Assembly (NCBI RefSeq): GCF_009834535.1
Contig: NC_045697.1
Location: 81,098,001-81,162,000 of the forward strand
DNA: 64,000 nt
Origin: Camelus ferus
Lineage: Eukaryota
Direction of reading: 5' to 3'
Shown here: piece by piece, positions 1 to 13,212 of the stretch
Numbering within the stretch: the first letter of the stretch is position 1
Layout: each line of letters opens with the position of its first letter
Translations under genes and position numbers: made by a program
Notes under the pieces: model-generated
Seen by the model: only the letters and a program-made list of their open reading frames with translations
What the model was told of the DNA's origin: nothing
Database searches by the model: none

Positions 1-189
1 GCACAGAAGACATGAAAACAACAGACCTGGGCATTGCTCCCTAAATTCAGGCAGAAGCATCTAATCATCTTGCTCTGACTTAAAAGCAAGCAAGCAAATA
101 CACTTCACTCCTGGTTAATACCGTGTTTGCTTGGAAAATTGGTATCCCTTTCTCCTCAGGGCATCCCGATTTCTTCCATGCCATTCTGC

Positions 190-478
190 CTTCAGATCTT
201 AGATGAAGTGCTTTTTGCTGAGACATTTCCCTTGATTTCTGACAAGGTCAGATTCATCCCTCCATGAGAGAATTTCACCACATCGTGAATCTTTTTTTTG
301 GAGCAGCTATTGTGTCTTTGGTGTACAGTTTATTTGACTAATAAGAATCTTCATCCCTAGGTTTAAAGTCCTGTGAGACCAGAATGGTATCCGCTTTTCA
401 ATACTGTTGTATTATTCTTCCCTAGCTTGTGCCTGACACAGAGTAGGCAATTAGTTTTAATGAATGAATGAATAAAAA
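190..478 (+). mobile_element. L2 LINE 3' end fragment
   Basis: Ends in gtgcctgacacagagtagg...aatgaatgaatgaataaa, the typical L2 terminus. Confidence 0.6.
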
Positions 479-814
479 AATGTATGAAAGGAAATGAAAT
501 AGAGCATCATCTTCTAGGGAAAAAAACCCACAGCATATTGCTTTATGAGGACGGCTGGTCAGACTCCCTCAAGACAGAGCCTGCCTCTGCCTTACTCACC
601 GCAGAATCTTTCCCACTTTGCTATTACTTGACATGCAGCTTGTAAGATACACTTAGTGATTGAATGGGCACCTGTTTCTCATGTTAGGAAGTGAATGTGG
701 CTTTTAACTACTATATTTAAAATTCCAAAATTATTCACAAGTTTACTGGCCAGTAGGAAATTGTTTAGTTTGCGGGAGACTTACATATGAAACGATTCAA
801 TTTGCTGCCAAGTC

Positions 815-922
815 GGGGAGGGTATAGCTCAGGGGTAGAATGTATACCTAGCACGCAGGAGATCCTGGGTTCAATAAATAAATAAATAAATAAATAAACC
901 TAATTACCTCCCCCACCAAAAA
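815..922 (+). mobile_element. tRNA-Ala-derived SINE (camelid Vic-1-like), internally deleted
   Basis: GGGGAGGGTATAGCTCAG head, GGGTTCAAT, (AAAT)n, CCTAATTACCTCCCCC and A tail. 14-bp TSD aatttgctgccaag at 799-812 and 923-936. Confidence 0.88.
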
Positions 923-1109
923 AATTTGCTGCCAAGACTTTCCACGTTGGCCAGAATAGACGTTGAGCGCCAGTTTTTCAGAATTACGAGCTCTGGTAAA
1001 GTTCCCACGCTATCTACAAGTTCTAGTTTACGTCTAAAGGGGAAGTTTGTGAGCGGCTTGGCCATTTCATCTAGATTTCATTTACACCTTCTCATTTATT
1101 AAAACTTAA

Positions 1110-2335
1110 AGAAGACTTTAACAAATGGCACTGAGTTAGCTGGATATCCATATGCAAAAAATGAAATTAGGTTACCTACCTTATACATATACAAAATTAA
1201 CTCAAAGTGAATCACAGACTTGTGTCTAAATGCTGAAGGCATAAGATTCTTAGAAGAAAAGAGGAGTAAATCTGCATAGTTTCTTAGATACGACACCAAA
1301 AGCACAAGTGACCAAAAAAAAAGATAAATTGGACTTCATGAAAATTTAAATTTTGTGCTTCCAAGGACACCATCAAAAAAGTGAAAAGACAGCTCATATG
1401 GGGAGAGAAAATATTTGCAAATCATATATCTGATAAGGGACCTGTACAGAAATATATAAACTACTCTCAAAATTCACCAATAGAAAGGCAATTTACCTAA
1501 TTAAAAATGGATAACAGATTTGAATAGATGTTTTTCAAAAGATATAAACAGTAGTCCAACAGCAAGTGAAAAGATAATGTCATTTGAGAAGTGCAAGTCA
1601 AAAGTATAGTGAAATGCTACTTCATGCTCATAGATGCTTAAAAAAAAGAATAACTAGTGTTGGTGAAGATGTGGAAGAATTGGACCCCACGTACACACTG
1701 GTAGAAATGTATAATGTTGCTGCCACTTAGGAAAACAGTTTGACAGTTCTTCAAAATGTTAGACATAGAGTTATTGTAAGGCTGGTAATTCCACTCCTAG
1801 GTGTATACTCAAGGGACCTGAAAACATATGTCCACATAAAAATTTGTACACAAGTGTTCATACAAATGTTAGTTATAATAGCCCAAATGTCCACCAACTG
1901 GATGGCATGGATAAACAAAATGTGGTATACCTGTGTAATTGAATAGTATTCTGCCACAGAAAGAAATGAAGTACAGATACTTGCTACAATACAGATGACT
2001 CTTGAAAACATTATGCTAAGTGAAGGAATCTAGATGCAAAGGTCACACATTGAATAATTACTTTTATATCATCTAGAAAAGGGAAATCCATAGGAAAGAA
2101 AGTAGATTAGTGGTTTCCAGGGGCTGGGAAGAAGGGGGAAATGGAGGCTAACTGCTATTGGCACAGAATTTATTTTGAGGGTTATGGAATTATCCTAAAA
2201 TTTGATAATGGTGATGGTTACACATTCCTGTGAATATAATAAAAACACTGAACTGTACACTTTCAAAAGGTGAATTTTATGGAATGTGAATGACCTCAAT
2301 AAAGCTATTATTAAAAAATGAACAACAACAACAGA
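1110..2335 (+). mobile_element. Old 5'-truncated L1 (L1MB-like): ORF2 C-terminus plus 3' UTR
   Basis: Degenerate ORF2 3' motifs (atatttgcaaatcatatatctgataaggga; attccactcctaggtgtatac). Ends tgaactgtacactttcaaaaggtgaattttatgg...ctcaataaagct plus an A-rich tail. Explains ORFs 1099..1305, 1740..1946, 1751..2011 and 2195..2383. Confidence 0.9.
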
Positions 2336-2699
2336 AAAAGACAACCTCAGGTGAAGCCAACAAGAACTCACACCTGTGTGCATTACCGATATTATATTCT
2401 AAGGTTAGCTGGAACTGATAGTGAGAGATGGTATGCTTCTATATGTGTTATTTTTACAAGTCTAGAGTTTTTACTGAAAATACATTTGTAGATTATTTTT
2501 GCTCAATATATTTACATTTACTCCGGACAGAACAGTAATTATTAGACATGACTATGAAATACAATCACATAGGATGCTATTATATAAACATTTTTTATCA
2601 TGAATATTTCATATACATATTTAAAAGAGTATCTGTTTAACAAAGATGTGTTTTGGGTTAAAGATTTATCACTCTGTGTCTAGCACAAGAATAAATAAA

Positions 2700-2880
2700 T
2701 AAATGCTTTGATTCTCATCAAGTGCCTTTGTTTCTGCCTCTCTTAATGTGATCATATGTCTGTTTTCCTTCAATCTGTTAACATGGTGAATTCCATCAAT
2801 TGATTTTCTAACATAAAACCATCTTTACACTAAAATGAAAAGTTGACCCAGGACATGTAAACATGTTATATTTTCCTGCC
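2700..2880 (-). mobile_element. L1 ORF2 fragment
   Basis: atcatatgtctgttttccttcaatctgttaacatggtgaattccatcaattgatttt resembles antisense L1 ORF2. Confidence 0.55.
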
Positions 2881-3649
2881 TTCTTTCTTATACCGCTGGT
2901 GGATGTCTGAGACGCACTGGGGTGCACTAGAGTCTAACCTCCATGAAGTCAAGGGCCACTTACTCCTTTACCACCAACAACCAGAGTGGGGCCTCTGGTG
3001 GTGCAGTTAAAGTGTCATCTTTCAGAGTTTGTTTGAGCATCTTACAGGTACATTGGGCCGTCACAACTAAGGCCAATTGAGATTACTTTTTTCTTGGGAT
3101 TTTGGAGTTATCAAAGTAGTGTCAGTTCTAGAACCAAATCCATATGGACTTGTGGTTAAGAATTATAAAGGGGAAGACTGATAAGTATTTTCACATTTCC
3201 TTCTTTGGGTCGATTTTTTTTTCAGGCTCATTCACAGAGGACATCATCCTGTTTTTTCTTCTGGCTTACTTTAAATATTTAGGTTCTGTGGCTTCTTAAC
3301 CCAGGCAAAGGTGCCAGGGCAAAAGCTGGCTTCATTACTAAACCACCCCTCCGGTTTCACAAGTACGCATTGTTTTAGGCTTTAGAACAATTCCCTTTAC
3401 TTTTGCGTAAGTTCAATCATTCACTTGAACTTTTCTTGCTTGTTATATTACCCTCACCCATGATGATTTTAGATTCTTAACCCCCTTACCCTGGGTATTT
3501 TGATTAAGTAAGTCTGAGAAAACCCATTAATACTACTGTTATTACTGGACGTTTATACCTTTACTTTTCTTACATTCAAAAAGACATAGGGTAGAATTCT
3601 AGTACAGAGAAATATCAAGAGCCATATTCCCTAAATCTGCTGTCTATGA

Positions 3650-3875
3650 TACTACTTCTATAAGATGTTCTGATAACACAGGGTTTCATAATGAAATAAA
3701 GCTGGGAAGTGGTGCACACCGTGGCTCCATTGTGAAGATTTAAGTGAACACCTGCACAGTAGAAGTCCTGGAAAGTCATGCCAGAAATAACACTATTTTA
3801 TACTGCTTAACATTTTTCTTAAAGCTTATTAACATCTGAAGAAGACAGTATTCTATAGAATAAACTTTCCCATTT
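3650..3875. mobile_element. hAT-Charlie fossil (MER103-like)
   Basis: aataaagctgggaag...gaagtcctggaaagtcatgccagaaataacac...cttaaagcttatt resembles the recalled MER103 consensus. Confidence 0.45.
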
Positions 3876-4658
3876 TCAAGTGAGGAAGCACAACCTCATG
3901 GAGGCTTATTGATGGTGATGCAGTTAGTAATGGAGTTAGGAGTGGAAACAAGGTCACAGTCTTAGCTCGTTCCACTTGCCCCACACTGCACCCACCTCAG
4001 AGCAGTGAGCAGGGATACTAAAGAAATGGGCTACAAATGACAAAAATGGTCATGCTTTGTGGTTAGTGAAAGGATTCAATAAGTTACCACATGAAAAAGG
4101 CTTTCTAAAGGGGATTTCTGGGGTCTTGCCAGTCAAGAAGGGAGGACTGAAACATTACATTTTGGAATGATGGAACAGGAGTGGGCATTCACCAAAGGGG
4201 ATGGGAAAGATTCAAGGGCATAGTTCTCCTACTTCTTATTTAGACCAGCTGACCTATCATTAATTACTAAGTAAGCAACTGTTTGAAAGGACAGAGAGGA
4301 CCTTTACTTTAATGGATTCTCCAATATGGGATTAATTTCTGTACATTTAAATTCTGTACAACACAGAACCACTTTCTTTCTTTCATTCTTTTAAAATCTC
4401 TGCTTATAAGCACTAAGAGATTGATTATCTTAATCCTACACAAACAGAAAATTTAAAGTAAAAAATAAAAGTAACCTATTTCACAGTATCATAGAAATCT
4501 TTAAAATGTCACTCTACCATGACAAATACCTTAACTGTTTACCTTTATATCTTGCCGCTGTGGAAAAATACTATTTATTTTCTCTATGTTATATGAACAT
4601 TCTCATTTAGCAAAAATAGATCTATTATTTGCTCCTTTTCTGTGTCACAGGAATCTTT

Positions 4659-4822
4659 TTTTTTTAAATGGAAGTGTAGTTGATTTACAATGTTGTGTTA
4701 GTTTCAGGTGTACAGCAAAGTGATTCAGCTATACATAAATACATATTTCTTTTCAAATTCTTTTCCATTATAGGTTATTACAAGATATTGAATATAGTTC
4801 CCTGTGCTACACAGTAGGTCCT
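4659..4822 (-). mobile_element. Short 5'-truncated artiodactyl-type L1 3' end with TSD
   Basis: Poly(T), then gtagttgatttacaatgttgtgttagtttcaggtgtacagc...ccctgtgctacacagtagg. 16-bp TSD tgtcacagga(a/c)tcttt at 4643-4658 and 4823-4838. Confidence 0.88.
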
Positions 4823-7574
4823 TGTCACAGGACTCTTTGAACAAACTAATTCTGAGATGGAAGTCCATATGAAAAGCTTTGGTGAAGAGGATTACTAGAT
4901 CTGCAGCTCAACTGTCTTATCAGTTCTCTTAACCATTTACCCAGAGTCGTGGAGGCACCTCCTTAGGGCTCCACACAAACACTGAAAAAAGGTAGAAACA
5001 GATAAGAAACCAGACGTTCTGTCTGTCCCCAAGCTTCCTACTTCAGCCTCCTCGCCTGGCAGTTCTGTGTAGAAGGGGAGGGGGAGCTGTCTCCCATCCA
5101 CACTGAGTCAGCCTCTGTCAGAATTTAGTCTCTGCTCTCACCCACCTCTGTCTGCTATTCTCAGTCAATCACTGGCTAGCCTTGGTTTTCCCTGGAACCA
5201 AGGAACTAAACCCAGGACTTAACTCTCTCCCAGACCAGGTCAGTTCTAAGCCCATAGACAGATCCAGGCCTCAGCACCACAATACTTCCCATGTCCCACA
5301 TAACGCACAGCAATTATGCATATCTGGCTTGGAAGACTTGAGGATAATAAGAAAAGAGTGTATTTCAGAGAAAAGAATTAAGTTAGAAGTTAACTGTGTC
5401 TGTTTCCAGACCAGAAAAGAGAACTATAATTTATATCCTTTACAAGATTCCCTTAATAAGTACATTCTTATTCCTAGTCTTGCTGCCCTGAGTCTATATC
5501 CACATTTCTCAGAATAAGCCACTTATTTATTCTTTTAGTGTGAGACACCAATCACCTTTGGACAAATTTCATTTTACATTTTACATTTACAAGGATTTTT
5601 CTCACCCTATAATTAGCACACACCCCTCCCCCCTACCCCGCCAACTTCTTTGTCCTCTTACCAGGGAAAGCGATGATTAAAATAAGCCATATTCTATTTT
5701 CAGGAAAGTAGGAATTATTCTGGCTAAAATAACACCATGGGAAGGAAGGACTTCAAAATCCTAATCATTTCAAGTCCTGGCTCCTTTAAATTCTCCACAT
5801 TTTTTCCCCTAGAATTTTTTCTCATTGTTAAATCTTGGAAAGTAAAGACACTTACAGAAATATAAACACTAACAACTCACATGGCTTTCTCAGATACAAA
5901 ATCTACATTCATATTAAAGAGAAGAAAAATTTTCCAGATGGCACCATAATATGTCAAGACTTTTCCCAGCTCACTGTGCATGTAACATTTAAGATAATTA
6001 TGCAAGGAATTTCAATTTCCCACTTGCGATATATTTCAAACCTGCAGAAAATCATAACCATCAAGATTAAAAATATTACGATTTGCTAGAGGGATTTAGA
6101 TGTTTTAACAAAATATAATATTACAAATACATCTAAGCTCAAGGTAACAAGGCGGTGTGTATATTTCCCATGCATGTGTTTATATTTTACTGCAAATGGA
6201 TGCCAAAAAAAAATGTTCTGCCTTTCCTAATATTCCTGCTCCAGTTCAAAACACTGGGACCTGCCAGTGCCTACTATTGAGCCTCTTCAAACACTTACCC
6301 CTGATTTTTCTGCAGTTATTTACACAAAAAACCTAAGGACAGGAGGAGGCAGTAGCTAAATTGTTTGGAAAACAACTCTATGCAGGTGTTTTAACTATCT
6401 TTTCAAATTTGATTCTTACATCGATTATATAAATGGAAAAAATTGAAGCCTTAAGAAATAAATGACTTAAACTATGCCCAGGCCATGTGGTAGTAAAGAG
6501 CTAATATTTCAAGCTTATCTGATGTCACTTCTGAGCTGGCAAGGAGAAAGTTTAGGGTCTCTACACTCTACAGCAGGTTTGTTGTTTAAACTATGAAGTA
6601 GTTACTGTTAACAGCGTTAAATGAAGGATAACTCTACAATGGAATATGTCACTTTAACGAGTACCTCACCATTACACTGTATTTAAAGAGTTTCTAACAG
6701 ACTTTTCCATTTCTCAATGCACTCTCGAGTCAGGGAGATACCTTCAAAATACATTTGGCAATGATGATGAAATTTTAGACTTCCAATAAGATCTCTGCCA
6801 GAAAAATAACAAAAATTTCTTATAAGTAGATAGCTAGGAATTATGAGTGGACCAAATAAAATATGTACAATAATTTCTTTTTTTCAGCAGACTTCTGATA
6901 ATGTTTGATATGCATTTAATTTTCAAAGATAGCCAAGAATTACTATTATGTTTATGCCTTACAAGATTTTGAAGTCAATGGTTAGAGATTGGTTTATTAT
7001 CATATATTTATTTTTGCTTTAGGAAGGCAGCTTGTAACTTGCTTTTGTTGATATTACTCTTAACTTTATAACAGTGCACTGTTCGTGTTCTAATATTTTG
7101 ATGATCTTAACTATAAGGCTCTAATATCCAATACATAGAAGATATTGTAATATTATGCCTAAAATTTAATGAGGAGTAGCATTACTTACTTTCTCTATTT
7201 TTCCACAGGCAGCTGGAACTTCTTAACAGTTGTGTGACTAATAGAACATGGCATCAACTTTCTAATATAGAAACCAGGAAGTAATGCTGCTAAGCATTAT
7301 TATAAACTGGGTCACAGCCACATACATATCTGCAAAAGCTGAGGGGTGCTGCAATTAACGAATAACCTGGACTGTAACTGGGCTGCAGTTTTTTTTTTTC
7401 CCTAACCCATTTTTTATAAGACTAAGTGCAAAGCTTTGCAGAAAGAAAAAAAAAATCTAATGGCATCATTATCAGCATAAACACAGAATATAAATCAAGT
7501 AATAAATAGTGGAGGAAAAGGGTGGGAAGATAACTAATGTGGAAGGACTGCTTATTTTTTTACTGACGGGAGCT

Positions 7575-7745
7575 CTCTCTCTGCCTCTCAAATAGGTTAC
7601 CTTATTTAACCTCCACAGAAAACTCTGTGTGTTGATATGATTATTCTTATTTTTCTGATGAGAAAACTGAGGATCAGAATGTTTAAGTAGTCTTGGGAGG
7701 TAGTGGATTCTGTGAGTAGGATACGGATGTCATTTTGTTTGACTC
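7575..7745 (-). mobile_element. MIR SINE
   Basis: Core-like ttatttaacctccacag...ctgatgagaaaactgaggatcagaatgtttaagt. Confidence 0.7.
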
Positions 7746-10469
7746 TGGGGCAATCCTCATTAAATTGCAGCCCCTATGAATAAGCAAGAAAGGTTTGAAG
7801 GATGAATATGTCCTTGCCTTTTCCAAAGAAGAGATGAAATTTGGTATAAAAGATGATTATTAGTGTTAAGATCAGCACCTGTGGGAGAGAGAGAAGATGG
7901 AGGAGGAGTGGGTAGACAGAGAGCCAAGCTGGGACCCAGGCCCCTAGATGGGTTTGGACCTTCCCACAAGGAGCAAGGGAACTGGATTTTTGGCTCAGTG
8001 TTATTCAGATTGAGCTGAGAAGGCCACGCCTCTAGGCTCCCACATAAATCACTCACTGAATGAGCCACAGAAGAAAGAGGCATGACCGTGGGTGAGGCGG
8101 TTCCCTGTGAATCTATCGCCAAGTGTCCAAGAGTTGACGATGCTCAAAGCATGCGAGGCCGTCAGCCCTGACTCCATAACATTATCTGGTGTGTTCCTGT
8201 CATAGCATCCACATCAAAGTTCTACGTTGCTCTTTGTTAAATACTAAGTGGGCTAAGGGTTTCCTCTGCAAAATTGGTTAGTTTAAAGGTAGTGTAGGAA
8301 GGGAAGGGCAGTTTTTTTGGATCTGTGACATATTCCAACTGATTGGCCAGTTTTACCATGAAAACCTGAAATTGCAAAGCAATGGATACACCGCAAGATG
8401 AAGACATGTAGGCAGGGATCTGCTGTCTGTCACAGCAGGTTGTTGAGCTTGAGAAAGGGTTGGTGATGTATTTTCTGAGATAAACTGGAAGGCTGTTTCT
8501 CCAAGAAAAATGACAGAGGGGCAAAGTCATAGGTCTGTAAGAATGCTAGGGAGTGCGGAAAAGAGGACCCTGTATAACTCAAAGCATTTCCCAGGGAAGG
8601 GAGCTGACACACAGGTCTGAACGAAGTGCACATGTGTACTGGATTTCGGTTGAGATTTTGGTTCCTGAATGCAAGATTCTTTTGAAAAAAGCGAGTACGA
8701 TGCAACTATTACATTTATTGGGCAAAATGCATTCCAGAATGGTATTTTTTTTTAAATTAGGCTTTTCTGTGAATCACATCAAGTTCATAAAAATTTTTGC
8801 TGATAACATAAACACATTTGTTTAATTTTTTGCCTGTTAGTTGCCTGTTTTCTGCATGTGCATTCATCATTTTGCAAGCTCCTTTCAGATAAATTAGATT
8901 CCGCTAACTTGAAGTTTGTGTTTCTTTACATTTCTATACCCTTTTGTTCTCTCTTATTTTCATTGACCTTAGGTCTCCTTCATTCCGTGAGAGGGGAGAT
9001 GTGAAGATGAAAGAAAACAGCAAAGGTTGATGACCGTATACAAAGAAGTATTGCCTGAACAAAAATAAGTGACAGTTTGGAAAGAAACACTGAGAAACAG
9101 GATAGAACTCATTTTGTCTCATGTTTGTGAACTGCCTGTGAAAAGCACTTCGCCTAAAGAGTAGGTACCCAGGACGGGTTCCAGGCCTGGCACACAGCAG
9201 ACTGAGTAAATACCAGGTGGTCACCAATGAAAGAAAAATGAATCGTTTCTCACATGATAGAAATGTACGAAGTGTGCCTTATGGCAATTATGGAAAATTT
9301 TTAGAATCAGGGAAAACTAACATGGTGTTGTCTGTGGTATGTGGCATGACTGGCAAGTTGAGATGTTTATCCCCATAATAATTTCCAGGGATATTACAAA
9401 GATATTACCTGTGTTTTCTTGTTCAGCTAGTATTTCTTGAGATACCCATCTTCATATGATTGCTAAAGAAACATATCTACCTAAAATCCTATAATTGTAT
9501 CCCATCATAAACTTTACAATAACTTAGACACCATATCTTGAGAATAAATCAGGACCCCAAACTTCTAGACACTTTGAGGTAAAAACCAGAAGAAAACACA
9601 CTGGTTAGAAGCAAAATACCTCTATTATTAGGGACAGAACTTGATATTTGATAGTCTCTTTGATCCCCATTGGCATTTTCTGCCTTCATCTTGGTATTTT
9701 GAAAATCTTGGTGTCTCAGTTAAAGTCGAAACGACAGGAAATGTTAGTGACAAATATTGACCCCTAGAGGAAAATAATATTTTTTCTTATTCTTAACATT
9801 TTTTTAATCGAACTACAGACAGTTACAGTAAGTCAATTTCTGGTTAAATTGGGAGAAAAAAACGTGCTAAGGCTGCTAGAGTTAGTGAGAGAATTCTTTT
9901 TGTAACAATGAGGGTAGAGAAGGTGCGGTAAGTTCCCTATAAAGTAATAGAAAGAAAGGGTACCCTGGAGTGCATGTGTCATCACCACAACGGCAAGCAG
10001 CGTTAGAGTTGGAATGTTACTGGCAAATTCATTACATTAGATACTGTTTGCTGTTCTCTTCTTTAATACATGCATGCATCCACCCACTCAGTAACTCTAT
10101 GGGAACGCACGTTAGAGGTCAATGACCCTGCTCTGTAATGGGAATCTGTTTGTGAGGAAGACTACAGCCTTCTTTACCTTATTAAAGTTTGGAATTTAGT
10201 GCTTGGGTTATCATTTTTATAAAAAGAAAAGGAAAAAAAAAAAAAAAAGAGCTGTGGAACTCGGCCAGAAACATCACCCTATGAAATTTCCAGATCTGTC
10301 TTCCCCAGGCCCAAGACGTAAAACATGCTCTTACCGTCTTTGCCTTTCTTTGGATCCTACTCACTTTTACATGTGTTTCTGGCCTTCTGTATTTCTCCAA
10401 TAGAAAGAAATTTCTATGTAATCAGAAAAAAATTTTTTTTCCTCATTATCTTAAACAAATCATCCTTTC

Positions 10470-10745
10470 CTCAGTGTAGCATTTGGATTTCAATCTCAAC
10501 TCTGTAACTTATTACCTGTGTGACCTTGATAATGAATACACTGACTCTCTCTGAGACTTGTTTGCCCATCTGTTAAAAGGATACAATAACAGCGCTTCCG
10601 CCATGGACTTGAGTACTAGGTGAGATAATGCATGACTTTGAGCACCTTCTCACATGTTTATTAACCATTCAGGTTTTCTCTTCTACGATATGCCTATTCT
10701 TGTTTCTTAGCCAATTTTTTATTTGGGCAATTAATTCAATCTCTA
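10470..10745. mobile_element. MIR (plus, ~10470-10635) followed by an antisense L1 fragment (~10636-10745)
   Basis: acttattacctgtgtgaccttg...gcccatctgttaaaaggatacaataac is MIR core. ttgagcaccttctcacatgtttattaaccatt is antisense L1 ORF2 3' region. Confidence 0.65.
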
Positions 10746-10804
10746 AGTTCCAAGTTGAGTTATTTTGTAAAATTATTTGCATGCTTACATTTCTCCTTTT
10801 CTAG

Positions 10805-13212
10805 ATGACTAGTGTGGCCTGACTGAGGCTTCTGGCCTGGCTGGTACTGATGAGGAGGGAAGAAGGAATGAGAGTAACAGATACACTGAAATAATAGACT
10901 GTGCTGGATTCTGACTTCTATTGTGAGGGGTATGTCTATATCTCTAGATTTATATCTATATAACTGTATCTTTTTATTTATAGACACTTATAAATACATA
11001 TAATTGTAATTTTTTTTTTCAAAAGAGAAGGGAAGGAGCTTTAGGTTTCGTGGTAGTATGGTAAAGGACTTTTGTGGCTAGTCAAAAGAAGAGGAAAAGT
11101 CTGGAAATAGGATTGACTCTTATAGGCCCCAAACACACCATTTGAAATCATACATCATGTTATCATATTATAGTCAGCATTATTTATATAGATGTCCATT
11201 TAAGTGAGTGTGAAATGTAATGAATAATTTTGAAGTCTTGTCAATTTCCTAAAAATAGGAAATTAATGCAATGTAAAATGAATGTGCCTTAGGCAATTCT
11301 GTTTTCAATTTTCTGTTCAATGAAGGCAATTACAGAATACACTTTGTTTTAATTTAATGACTTTCTTAGATACACTATTATAAGAAAGCATTATAAAGTG
11401 ATATTACATTTCTTCATTCATTGCCCTTGCTGTTTACATTTTGTCATTCTGCTCAGCCTGAATGCTAATATGCAGGGGTCTATTTCCCATCCCTGTCCAA
11501 TGCCTTAATATAAGCTATTTATTATTTATTATGATATTAGGTACTTAAAATAACAATATAATTTTGTTACTTTGTATACACACAACACTAAGTTTTGCTA
11601 ATTCTCTGCTAAATTACTTCAAAATAAGTAGGCAAAATAATATGTGAGATTTATTTTAAAAAGATATGATATTTGGGAATAAGGAAAGTGTTGAATTTTA
11701 AATCTCAACCCCCTTGCCAAATATCATATATATTTGTGATATTTATTTAAGTCTAATCTTTTAACACAAAAGAAAGACTTCATTTTTAGAAAAATTTTAA
11801 ACATTCTATAACATTTTGAATTTTCAAAATGCAAAATCTATTATTCTAAACCATAGTTTTGTTTTTTCATCAAATCACCTAAATAGAAAACATATTGCTA
11901 TCACTAATTCACTCAACTCAGTGTTTAGACTTGGTAATTGAATTCTTTTCAATAAGTGTAGAAGTCCCTATAATATATTTATAGTGATTGAAACATTTAA
12001 AATGAGGCATGCTTAGTTTATGAATATTCTACAGTATGTAATAAACTTTAAAGTTTTATTTTTTAGCATTTTTCATCTCAAGGCCCAAGTTTCAGTCATT
12101 TTAGTATATTTTTTAAAGTATACACCTGGAACTCAGTAAATATGAGCACATTTTAATCTCCCCTTTGGAGATGTGTTTCATTCTTTAGATGAAACAAAGA
12201 AGTCTTCAAAATATAATGTCATTCCTGAGCATACAAGCATCTGGAAGCATCTCAGTCTGTAAAAATGCAGTAGATTTTTATTGTTATTACAAATGTATCA
12301 ATCTAAAATGCACTTTCTGTTACTTAAGTGATTCAATTGTGAAACTAAATTTTAAAAGTGCCCTTAACTTCAGAGAAAAACCACATTCAATGAGCTGTGG
12401 ATGACCATTAAGGAGGTCATTTTTCCAAATACTGTTTATGACATCGTGCTCATACTCCTTGACGTCTCTTCAAGGTAACTCACTTGTTTATAGTAACTTT
12501 TTTAAATGTTTGATTTTTTTATATAAAAAGCAGATACTATGCATTAGGTCATGCAAACACCTCCTTTGCAGTTTCATATCACTTTTTTGTTACCAGTGTG
12601 TTAATTTCTGTATATATGTATGTTTATAGTAAGTTATAATAATCATTTCACTTTATTGCTGGGGTGCCTTACTTAGAGCACACTTATAAAAAGTATTCTT
12701 GCTGCTGCTGTATTGACGACAAAAATTAAAGTTGACGTAGACATTTTGGTTAAAGGGCTTTTTACATACAAATTTAATAAACTCTGCATTTTGAGAAAAT
12801 AGAGTAAAGTATCCATTTAAATAATTTGGTATTTCTTAAAAACACAAAATCAAGGTATACCATTTTCCATCTTGTAACTAACTTCTAGGTGCTTTTTTAA
12901 AAATATACTAGTAAATCATTAAATTAATGCTGTATCTGTTAAATTTGTGTGATTGCTTAAAATATTAAATAGAGTGGTTTCAGAGTCTAAAACATTGGAA
13001 ACTTTCATAGCTAAGAATTATACAGAATGCCCTGTTTTCTTGTTCAAAACCAGATTGTTTAATATGACAGCTGTATCCTGTAAGTTGGACCATATTTCTG
13101 TACATTACACATCGGAATAGTGGGGTCGTGTAGACCAGAAAACACATGTGGTACCAATTGCTGCAGATGCAATAAAACTTTTTAAAAGGTACTGTAATGC
13201 TTAAAAAAAAAA
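10805..13212 (+). other. Unassigned 3'-UTR-like segment (terminal exon or UTR retrocopy)
   Basis: Acceptor atttctccttttctag (AG 10803-10804), no recognisable repeats, several miRNA seed matches, AATAAA at 13171-13176 and A10 at 13203-13212. Confidence 0.45.

Noticed and set aside
591..604. Strong minus-strand donor GCG|GTGAGTAAG
   Set aside because: Isolated motif with no convincing partner acceptor or ORF; expected by chance.
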